DNA of 64,000 bases from the NCBI GenBank assembly GCA_963707985.1, contig CAVPRW010000012.1:1-64000 (forward strand), written 5' to 3'. This DNA comes from an uncultured Nitrospinota bacterium (GTDB taxonomy: Bacteria > Tectomicrobia > Entotheonellia > J063 > CAVPRW01). The position numbers and the translations under genes were made by a program. A model generated the notes under the pieces. That model searched no databases and was not told where the DNA came from. It was given only the letters and a program-made list of their open reading frames with translations. Each line of letters opens with the position of its first letter. Position 1 is the first letter of the stretch. Shown here piece after piece: positions 55,713-64,000 of the stretch.

Positions 55713-57122
55713 ATGCGATCCGACCTGGTTTTCTATGCGTTCACGTTTATTGTCCTCATTTTCCTCGTTTTCTTCTGCGGTCGACTCCGGCGCAGCGGCC
55801 AATCCGCTCCAGCAGCGCCGCAATCGCCCAGGCCAAAGCGTGAACCCAAACTGTTCGCGGGTCTCACCCGCAAGCCCGCATGCGACGTGTGTGTTCGGGA
55901 ATCCGCACCTCGCTCGCCGGCGCCTGGCGCGCCGCCACCTCGGATGACGTTCACTCGAGGCTGTCGGCACCAGGTCGAGACCACCGGCCACTTCTGCCCG
56001 GATGTCACCTGTTCGTATCACGGCTGGGTCGGCTTTGGCAATATTCGCGCCAATGGTCATCCCAATGGCCGCCGCTGGCGACAACTCGTGTGTCTGGGCT
56101 GCCACGGCTATTTCCTGGAAACCGTGGGCACGCCGTTTCACGCCAAGCAGGGCGACCCCGATACGCTGGTGTGGGCGATTGCGGCACTGGCTGAAGGCCT
56201 CGGCATCCGCGCCGTGGCCCGCGTCTTTGAAGCCGATCCCAACACCGTCCTGGGCTGGCTGGTCGAAGCGGTCGAGCACCTGGAGACCTTCTCGCACTAT
56301 TTTCTCCGTGATTTCTACGTCGAACAAGTGCAGATGGACGAACTCTTCGCCTTGCTCAGCGCGGTCAAAGACGGTGAGGTCACCGAGGCCGAGACCATCA
56401 CGCGCCTGTCGCGCTCGCCGCACTGGGTGTGGGTCGCGATGGACTCGGTCTGCAAGCTCATGCTGACCGTGGATGTCGGTGAGCGCACCCTGGCGATGGC
56501 TCAACGTCGCGTTCATCACGTCACGCAAGTGTTGGAGCCGGACTGCGCCCCGCTGTTCCTAACCGACGGTTTCCGGGAGTATCTCACCGCGCTCGTCACG
56601 CACTACGGCCAGTGGATGCAGCCCGAGCGCCAACAGACCAAAGGCCCCAAGCCCAAGCCACGCTGGATGCTGCGGCCCGGGCTCCTCTATGCCCAGGTCG
56701 TCAAGTCCTATCGGCGTCGACGCATCGTAGGTGTAACCCACCGCGTCATCTTCGGCGCGGCAGAGACCATCGCGTCGATCCTGGCCAAGCGAGGGTGGAC
56801 GATCAATACCAGCTTTGTCGAGCGCCTGAATCTGGACTTTCGCCAGCATGTGGCGGCGATCGGGCGTCGCGTGAACACGTTAGGCAAACACGAAGCGGGA
56901 TTGCGTCAGCAACTGGCTCTCTTTCAGGTGTACCACAATTTCGTGTTGCCTCATGCGAACTTGCGGTTGCCCCTGCCCAAGCCCATCGAGGAGACGGGCT
57001 CAGTTAAGCAGTGGCAGCCGCGGATGCTCGCGATGGCCGCCGGGCTGACGGAGCGCGTCTGGAGTCTCAGAGAGGTGCTGAGGTTCCGCGTGCCACCGTG
57101 GCCGAACATCCACGTGAGTTAA
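55713..57122 (+). mobile_element. IS1-like DDE transposase with N-terminal zinc-finger region
   Basis: CxxC motifs, GLGIRAVAR HTH, QMDEL, TDGFREY, NTSFVERLN. Confidence 0.8.
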
Positions 57123-57299
57123 GCATGTGGGACAGTGGAGCATGATGAACAGCCGCTGGAATTGTTGCGTCTACAACCGCTGTTCCGTGTTGAGTGCGGC
57201 GGCGACCTTCCACTTGGAGACCGGTTGATCGGGTGCAGTTCGAGCTGTCAGACTCACGTGGAGAAGGCTCAAGTCATTAGCCGCACGTTTCCTCTACAC

Positions 57300-57435
57300 G
57301 ACCCTCGCGTGCTGATCTTGCCGGTAGGTTCCTCGATGGTGACGAAGCCTTTGCAGCGGTAAACGTCCGACCAGATGGTGTATTGAATCGTGGCCGGGAT
57401 GCAGACCCAGTGCTCGATCTTGGCTACGTCGAGGT
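57300..57435 (-). pseudogene. Possible DNA methyltransferase internal fragment
   Basis: PATIQYTIWSDVYRC motif resembles large DNA methylases; fragment only. Confidence 0.35.
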
Positions 57436-57437
57436 CA

Positions 57438-57699
57438 TTATTGCTCGGCGGTGGCCCCCGCCTCGATCCCTCGTTCCCGCGCCTTCTGCTGCACATCATA
57501 TACGCTCAGGTCGAAACAGTTCCGCCGTTTGCGAGAGGGTCAACCCGCAGTCTGCAAGCCGCTTGAACGCGTACTCCTCCGCTGCAGCATGGAGCCATTG
57601 CCGCATGACGGTGGTCTTGTCGGTGCGTTCTTCGAGGCCCCGCAGCTCCGCCAACTGCAAGATGCTCTCGGGGATGCGGAGTGGATACGGACGGGTCAT
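57438..57699 (-). CDS. UPF0175-like small protein (one extra base near 57515)
   Basis: LTLSQTAEL then, after frame correction, FDLSVYDVQQKARERGIE; RBS GGAGG. Confidence 0.6.
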
Positions 57700-57755
57700 A
57701 CGCTTCACTTCCTCCATCGCCACGGCCAGGCCAAACTTGCACACAAGCAAACGTC

Positions 57756-58082
57756 CTATGCGATACGGACCCCCGTCCGTACGATTTCCTCCAAAATCGT
57801 GGCAGGTTCGGCATGTGCCAGTTCGTCTGGGGTGCAGGCCAGCGCTTCGATGGGCTGCCAGAGCCGTGCCGCCGCCGTACCAAGGTATTCCAGACGTTCA
57901 CGCGCGTTCAAGACTAAAAAATCGGAGGACACAATGAGCACGTCAATGTCGCTCCCCTCTCTCTCTGCACCATGGGCATAGGAGCCAAAGAGCAACGCCC
58001 ATTTTACCCGAATGCCCATCTCACCTAATTGGGCACAGTACCGAGCTATGAGGTCTGCAATCTCGGATCTTGGCGCAGCCAT
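57756..58082 (-). CDS. Minimal nucleotidyltransferase (MNT antitoxin)
   Basis: LFGSYAHG...SDIDVLIVS. Confidence 0.9.
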   Translation of the reverse strand: MAAPRSEIADLIARYCAQLGEMGIRVKWALLFGSYAHGAEREGSDIDVLIVSSDFLVLNARERLEYLGTAAARLWQPIEALACTPDELAHAEPATILEEIVRTGVRIA

Positions 58083-58180
58083 GTAATGATCTCCCGTGTT
58101 TGCTCCAGGTAGTCGCGAGCTACTGTGTCAGAATACTGTGCCATGAGCTGTGCGAAGTCGGCCGGATCACGCGAGGTTTC
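58046..58180 (-). pseudogene. HEPN-domain toxin C-terminal fragment
   Basis: SRDPADF...ARDYLEQTREIITWL overlapping the MNT start, the usual HEPN-MNT arrangement. Confidence 0.6.
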
Positions 58181-58183
58181 TGT

Positions 58184-58244
58184 CGCTGCCGGAAGCCGCA
58201 GCGCAGCGGAGGCTAGAAGTAGTCGGCTGCAACCCGTGCTAGGC
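58184..58244 (-). other. Degenerate, truncated attC-like site
   Basis: gcctagc...gcagccgac...ccgctgcgctgcggcttccggcagc just after the PIN gene stop; shares gcttccggcagc with the site at 61437-61508. Confidence 0.55.
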
Positions 58245-58256
58245 GAGGATTGCGCG

Positions 58257-58410
58257 CTACGACCAGTTTGCAACCCAGATAATCTGTGGCAGTGTTGCAC
58301 CCAGCGCATTAGCTATTCTCTCGTCGGCAGTCACCCATGGACAGTGCTCACGCAGGCTCAGCTTGACGGTGGTGCAGAGCATCCTCACGGGCCTGCCAGC
58401 TCTCAAGCAA
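58257..58410 (-). pseudogene. PIN-domain (VapC) toxin C-terminal fragment
   Basis: LSLREHCPWVTADERIANAL motif. Confidence 0.55.
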
Positions 58411-58516
58411 TTGGGCAACACTGCTGAAGCCGTGAGCATGAGCAGTTTGCTCCAGACTGGAATAGAGGGCATCCGGACGCGTGACAATTCGACTCATGGT
58501 AATACTCCTGACTTCT

Positions 58517-58846
58517 ACAATACCTTCGCCATTTAGACGAGGTTGGCTACATGGTTCACCCGCCCAAGTTCAGCTACTTGGGCAATCGCCTGCTCAATAC
58601 AAATCGGCTCTGGCATTTCCGGCAGCAATTTTAAGGTTGCAATCACATACTGCCGGCTCCGGAACCACGCCTTCAGATCGGTCACGCGCAACTCAGACCA
58701 CTGGGGGCGTAGGGGACGCATCAAGGCGTGGGATACATTGACCATAAACACAGCCAGATTGGCACTGTTGTAAACCGGCGTTTGGTTGACCGTCATGAAA
58801 TCTTCTAATCCCCAATATTGCTTGGCATCCCGGAAATTGAACTCAA
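58517..58846 (-). mobile_element. IS4-superfamily DDE transposase C-terminal fragment with its end
   Basis: IEFNFRDAKQYWGLEDF; cut on the other side by the serine recombinase element. Confidence 0.7.
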
Positions 58847-60748
58847 TGGTATAATCACACATGACAAATTCTGCTGCACCCGATGGGGCGTACTCCAGTT
58901 GTCATGGTGGCGTCGTCCCAAGCGGCTCCACAGGTAACGCGCTAGCTAGGGTATCCTTCTGCGTCCAGTACGCCCTAGACGCAGGAGGAAGCCATGAAAA
59001 CACCTTGGCATGTGCGCCGGACTGTGGTGGCACGGAGCGACGGTCAACGACGGTGGGACTATGCATACCAGTTCCTTCTGCAATGGGCCATGGAACATCC
59101 GGCAGGCTCGTGTCCTGCACCATCACACCCGCAGGAGGATCATCATGGAAATTGCCCTCTATGTCCGGGTCTCCACCACCCGGCAACAACACACGCAGAC
59201 GATTGCGCAACAAGTGGCTCGCCTACGGGAGTACGTCGCGATGCAGCCCGACTGGCATCTGGCCGAGGAGCATATCTACCGCGATGACGGCTATAGCGGA
59301 GCCAAGCTCCAGCGCCCAGGGCTGGATCGGTTGCGGGACCGGGCCGCTTTGGCGGCGTTTGAACAGGTGCTCATCACGGCTCCAGATCGCCTGGCCCGTA
59401 CACTACGTGCATCAACTGCTCCTGATCGACGAACTCAGTCAGCGCGGCTGCCACGTCGAGTTGCTGGATCGTCCGATGAGTCAAGACCCGCATGATCAGC
59501 TCCTGCTCCACATTCGGGGGGCGGTCGCGGAGTATGAACGCGTCCTGATTGCGGATCGGATGCGGCGGGGACGCCAGGCCACATTCCGCAGTGGACAACT
59601 CCTGCCCTGGAGCCGAGCCCCCTACGGCTATCTCCTAGATCCTGAACGCCCCCGCGACCCGCGCCGGGTGCGAATCGACCCGGTCAAAGCGGCCGTGGTG
59701 ACGCAGATCTTCGCGTGGTATACCGATCCTCGCACCCCGGTGAGTCTGTATTGGGTGGCCAAGCGCCTCAGCGATGAGCAGATTCCGACGCCCAGTGGCA
59801 AGGCCCGCTGGAACGTGGCCTCGGTGCGTGGTGTCCTGCGGTCTCCGGCCTATACCGGCACGGCCTATTGGGGACGTACGCGTCCCGCCCCGGCTCGCTC
59901 CCGCACGTCCGCCTTGCAGCCTGTTGGTCCGGGTGCGAGTCACCAGCCCGCCCCTCCTGAAGAGTGGCTGGCCATCCCTGTGCCGGCAATCGTCAGGCAG
60001 GACATGTTCGATGCCGCACAGGCGCGTCTCGATCGGCATAGCCAGTTGGCCCGACGGAATAATACGGCGCATGACTACCTGCTCCGTGGTCTGGTCAGCT
60101 GTGGCCAGTGTCTCTTGGCCTGCACGGGGCGCACCCTACGCCCTGGTTACCACTATTATCTGTGCCGCGGCCGGACCGATGCCCTGCGGGCCGCCCAGGG
60201 GGAACGCTGTACGGCGCGCTACGCGCCAGCTCGCGGTCTTGACGAACTGGTATGGCACGATCTGTGTCGTGTCCTCACTGAGCCCGTGCTCATCACCCAG
60301 GCCTTGCAGCGTGCCCAGGGGGGCGAATGGCTACCCCAGGCATTCCAGGCACGGCGGAAGACCCTCCAGGAAGCCCTCGCGCAGCTCGAACGCCAGCGCA
60401 CCCGGTTGTTGGAGGTCTATCTGGCCGAAATTATTCACCGTGACGAATTCGAGCGGAAACATCAGGAGGTGACCCAAACGCACCACAGCTTATTCCACCA
60501 ACTGCGCCCACTCGAGGCCCAGGCGTAGCCACAGGTGGACGTAGCCGCGCTCGCCAAGGGCATCGAGACTTTTTGCCAGCGGGTCTGTCCGACTCTGGCC
60601 CAACTGACCTTTGCCCAGCGCAGACAATTGGTCGAGTGACTCATTGATCGTGTGATCGTCAATAATGACCAGGTGGAAATTCGCTATGTGGTGCCCACGG
60701 GGCCCAAAGGCGAAACCACCCCCTTTTGTCATTTGCGTTTAGACTATC
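58847..60748 (+). mobile_element. Large serine recombinase element (leader ORF from 58994; recombinase from 59144, frameshift near 59400, stops at 60526 and 60637)
   Basis: YVRVST, DDGYSGAKLQRPGLDRL, PDRLAR, AEYER, APYGY, LLRGLVSCGQC, ending FCHLRLDY. Confidence 0.85.
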
Positions 60749-60901
60749 TCGAGGACCATCTGCGCCTGAATGGCCCCTGGCCATACAAGTTGTCAGACCT
60801 CTATTATGAGCCAGCGGTCACCGCAGCGGTGCAGAAAATCGCGGCCGAGGAACACACAAAAGTTGCCGCCTGAGTGTACCAATGTCGTGTGGACCGATTT
60901 A
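60749..60901 (+). mobile_element. Probable IS630-like transposase C-terminus and right end
   Basis: NGPWPYKLSDLYYEPAVTAAV...AA* followed by a short end finishing in TA inside a toxin gene. Confidence 0.45.
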
Positions 60902-61272
60902 GACGGGAACTGGAAATAGCCAAACGCAGGTTGAGAGAGCTGTTGCGTAATGACCCACAGTGAATTGAAGCGCACGGCACTGCAAAAAACAGAATTGCAA
61001 GCCGACTATGAGGCATTGGGCCCTGAATTCGAGATCTTGCGCCAAATGTTGCAGGTCCGTCAAGCCGCTGGCCTCACCCAGGCGCAGGTGGCCGAGCGCA
61101 TGGGCACCAAGCCGCCTGCGGTGACGCGTTTGGACGCGTCGCTGAGTAGAGGCTAGCATTCGCCATCTCTCGCCACCTTGCGGAGGTATGCTGAGGCGGT
61201 GGGTTGTCGTCTCGAAGTGCGTCTGGTGCGCTCCCGCGCGAGGTCTAACCAGGGCCTGGAGCCGACGCGGTG
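60902..61272 (+). pseudogene. HigBA-like toxin-antitoxin remnant: toxin tail plus XRE-HTH antitoxin (60950..61272) with internal TAG at 61154
   Basis: RELEIAKRRL tail; GLTQAQVAERMGT...RG*HSPSLATLRRYAEAVG. Confidence 0.75.
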
Positions 61273-61302
61273 ACCCGCGCGGCTCAGGCCTAGCCGTTGA
61301 GT
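61243..61302 (+). other. Integron attC site (60 bp)
   Basis: GTCTAAC...GTTGAGT; stem ggcctg(g)agccg(a)cgcgg / ccgcg-cggct-caggcc with two unpaired bases. Confidence 0.85.
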
Positions 61303-61365
61303 TCGGCGGCAAAGTGAGACACTACCCTCTGGCTGGTGCTGCTGCGGGGAAGGGTTAGGTCTGAC

Positions 61366-61436
61366 GAACCGGATGCCTGAATGGGGCACGTCCGGGTCTG
61401 TGGGGGCCTGGTGGGTCACCGCCAGGTCTACCCGGC
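61366..61436 (+). ncRNA. Group II intron 3' end (DV-DVI)
   Basis: DV gaaccggatgcc-tgaatgg-ggcacgtccgggtc with AC bulge; DVI gggcctggtgg...ccgccaggtctaccc with bulged A. Confidence 0.8.
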
Positions 61437-61508
61437 AGCTGACTGCCTCCAGAGTCCGCTCCGACGTCGCTCGCGCTTCCGGCAGCAGCTGACGCCCAGC
61501 CGTTGGAT
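61437..61508 (+). other. attC site lacking its left R box (replaced by the intron end)
   Basis: (c)agctg(a)ctgcc / ggcagcagctg stem, then GTTGGAT. Confidence 0.75.
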
Positions 61509-61553
61509 GTCGCGTGTAACCAACTGAGAACTGAACAGCATGAGGAGGTGCCC

Positions 61554-62462
61554 ATGACCGAACCGATTATCTGGCCGAGGAAGACCCGAGAGCTACACAA
61601 CCATCACTTCGATTCTACGATCTGGAACCATCTCCAGTTCCGCGACGACGACATCATCATCGCGACCTACGCCAAGTCCGGAACGACCTGGATGCAGCAG
61701 ATCGTCGCGCAAATGCTGTACGGTCCGGATCCAGGCCTTGAAGTCGCAGAGATGTCTCCATGGCTCGACCTTCGCGTCCCCCCGCAGGCCGTGAAACTGC
61801 CAGTGGTGGAAGCACAGACCCACCGACGGTTCCTGAAGACGCACCTCCCAGTGGATGCGCTCGTCTTCTCACCCCAGGCAAAGTACCTCTATCTCGGGCG
61901 CGACGGCCGCGACGTCGTATGGAGTCTGTACAATCACCATATGAACGCGAACCAGAAATGGTATGTAGCGCTCAATGACACACCCGGGCGCGTTGGGCCG
62001 CCCATTACACCGCCTCCCAGCGATATCCGGCAGTACTGGCGCGGTTGGTTGGAGCGCGACGGCTATCCCTTCTGGTCGTTCTGGGAGAACGTCCGCACCT
62101 GGTGGGAGATTCGCAAACTCCCAAATGTCATGTTCGTGCACTTCGCGAACTTAAAGCGCGATATGCCGGGACAGATGCGCCACCTCGCGGCGTTCCTCGA
62201 CATTTCCATCAACGAAACGCGGTGGGAAACGATTCTGGAATATTGCTCTTTCGATTGGATGAAGCAGAACGCTACCAAGAGCGTTCCCCTGGGTGGCGCA
62301 TTCTGGGACGCCGGTGCCCAAGTCTTCATTCATCAAGGGGTGAATGGCCGATGGGCGGAGACCCTCACCCCAGAGGATGTGGCAGAGTATGAGGCGCGGG
62401 CAGTGCGGGAACTCGGCCCCGAGTGCGCGCGATGGCTTGCTACCGGCGAGGGGTTGGACTGA
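61554..62462 (+). CDS. PAPS-dependent aryl sulfotransferase (probable gene cassette)
   Basis: ATYAKSGTTW, LKTHLP, RDGRDVVWS; RBS GAGGAGG. Confidence 0.93.
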   Translation: MTEPIIWPRKTRELHNHHFDSTIWNHLQFRDDDIIIATYAKSGTTWMQQIVAQMLYGPDPGLEVAEMSPWLDLRVPPQAVKLPVVEAQTHRRFLKTHLPVDALVFSPQAKYLYLGRDGRDVVWSLYNHHMNANQKWYVALNDTPGRVGPPITPPPSDIRQYWRGWLERDGYPFWSFWENVRTWWEIRKLPNVMFVHFANLKRDMPGQMRHLAAFLDISINETRWETILEYCSFDWMKQNATKSVPLGGAFWDAGAQVFIHQGVNGRWAETLTPEDVAEYEARAVRELGPECARWLATGEGLD

Positions 62463-62570
62463 GGGCCGGGGCTCTATGTGTTCGAGACCTGTCCAGCGCT
62501 CAAGAGTGTGTCTTTGCGCAGCGCCAGAGCATTCTGGCGCTTGGGCTCGGCCGTGATGGGATGAGGCAGC

Positions 62571-62604
62571 ACCCGACAACCGGCTGCAGCCGACGCCCTA
62601 CAGC
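62571..62604 (+). other. Degenerate left half of an attC site
   Basis: acccgac-aaccggctgcagccgacgccctacagc after the sulfotransferase; right half absent. Confidence 0.45.
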
Positions 62605-62830
62605 CCCGGCGCACCACAATGTCTAGGCCAAGTGGCTCTCATGATGTGAGGAGAGCCTGACACTTCTTGGGCTGAGGGCGCAGAGGTGCCTGACACACTT
62701 CTCAGCATCCAGTACATTGTGCCAGGTTTTTTCATATGAGGGGAGTCAAGGGCCCACCCTTAGTATGGATCCTCAAGAGAAGCATCAGCGAAAGACTCCA
62801 ACATCCGGAGCAACGCTGGAGGGAGGGGGC

Positions 62831-63240
62831 ATGACGCAACGCGCACTCTGAGCTGCTGCCTGTATTTGCCTGATGGTCCTCCTTGTGGCTCCCTGGTTGG
62901 CATGGTCTCATGCGGATACCATGTCGATCGCTCCCTCATTTCAAGAGCCAGCCTCTCAGCGTTTTGACTCTGTCGATGTTCGTGTTCCCCAGTCGATCTC
63001 TCGTCACGTTACCCAAGCGGGGCTGATTCTGGCCGCGCTCTCTCTCCTTCCCCTCCGCGTGTCGAGCGGGATCAGCAAGCGATCCCGAAGGGCAATAACC
63101 CTCTGTGTTGTGCTTATCCTCAGCCTCAATGCGTTCAGCATCGCCATCCATTCGGTCCACCACCTATTCGATCCCTAACAAGCCACCGAGTGCCTTGGGT
63201 TCGTCACTTCCCAACATGTCACTGGCACCTCCTACAAGTT
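62831..63240 (+). pseudogene. Membrane protein with His/Cys motif, internal stops
   Basis: Hydrophobic segments then IHSVHHLFDP*QATEC; TGA at about 62849 and TAA at 63176. Confidence 0.4.
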
Positions 63241-63382
63241 GCAGGGGTACTTCCGGCTTCCCGAGGAGCAACGCACGCCGGTGGAGGAGCGGTTGGACGG
63301 CCGGCGCTACAATATCCAAGGACGCAGCGATGTGACGCTGTTGGCGGTCCCGGGCTCATCAGTCTCCGCGCCTTCTACGTCA

Positions 63383-63793
63383 ATGGTGATGACGAAGATA
63401 CTTGTAATTCTCATGGTGATGTCCCTGCTTTTGCTAGGCGCTGTACACATAGCTCGAGCTGGAAAGCCGCCGGCACCGCTCAAAGAAGCAAAGGCGGGTG
63501 ACCTCGGAACAATCCTGATAGACCCTGAGGGGATGACTCTCGACACCTTCGCGCACGACACGGAGCCCGGCAAGAGCACATGTAACGGGCCATGTGTGGA
63601 AAATTGGCCGCCCTTCACGCCCATGGCGAATGCCCCCGCACCGAAGCCACCATTGAGCGTCATCACGCATGACGATGGCACGATGCAATATGCCTATAAG
63701 GGCAAGCCCCTCTATCGCTATATCAAGGACCAGAAGCCCGGTGACACGATGGGGCAGAAGTTTCGCGATCGATGGTTCGCGGCACAACCGTAG
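63383..63793 (+). CDS. Secreted COG4315 (Lipoprotein_15 repeat) protein
   Basis: GMTL.TF..D...STCNGPC..NWPP and YKGKPLY.Y.KD.KPGD repeats; signal peptide. Confidence 0.85.
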   Translation: MVMTKILVILMVMSLLLLGAVHIARAGKPPAPLKEAKAGDLGTILIDPEGMTLDTFAHDTEPGKSTCNGPCVENWPPFTPMANAPAPKPPLSVITHDDGTMQYAYKGKPLYRYIKDQKPGDTMGQKFRDRWFAAQP

Positions 63794-64000
63794 GGCATCG
63801 TTTGCCCCGGTGGTAGGGATATCTTTCGAGCATCGCTGGCGGCACCGGAGGGCTGCTGATTGACGAGACGGGCCAGGAGGGGTCTCCTATAGCATTGGGT
63901 CAGCAGGATGGGCTGCTATGGGATCTTCATCGGCCTTCTCAGCACCCTCCTGGCGCTCCCCTCTTTGACAAGGGGGCAGGGAGGATTTGCTAGCGTCTGC

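Noticed and set aside
61154..61156. In-frame TAG in the HTH antitoxin as pyrrolysine
   Set aside because: Probably a single change from a Lys or Gln codon in a decaying module; no pyl genes in the window.
1..64000. CRISPR array, tRNA, rRNA or integron integrase
   Set aside because: No repeat-spacer periodicity or cloverleaf seen by eye; all six tyrosine recombinases belong to RIT trios. A covariance search could still find small RNAs.

Overview
GC-rich bacterial chromosomal segment with no rRNA, tRNA or CRISPR array visible. A housekeeping core (7.6-39.3 kb) holds glgP-pgm-ackA-rpiA, phoD, a redox operon, efp, a KaiC-like signalling cluster, a CoA transferase, LLM oxidoreductases, cinA and an amidohydrolase. 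It lies between two heavily nested mobile or accessory regions (0-7.6 kb and 39.4-64 kb). Main points: (1) a selenoprotein the ORF track splits in two (UGA 20901 read as Sec in a U-G-S-C motif, with a SECIS-like hairpin) behind its uncharacterised partner gene; (2) two unrelated RIT (recombinase-in-trio) elements whose empty targets can be rebuilt from this window, each with an extra 20-bp quasi-palindrome between 6-bp spacers; one RIT sits inside the terminal repeat of a Tn3 transposon; (3) a possible defence island in which an OLD-family nuclease and an unknown multi-TM protein are each broken by a short perfect tandem duplication; (4) attC sites with no integron integrase in the window, one carrying a group II intron 3' end; (5) an EF-P with a PGNW loop that lacks the modifiable Lys. 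Many single-base frameshifts may be long-read assembly errors rather than true pseudogenisation. All family calls come from motif recognition by eye; no database search was run.
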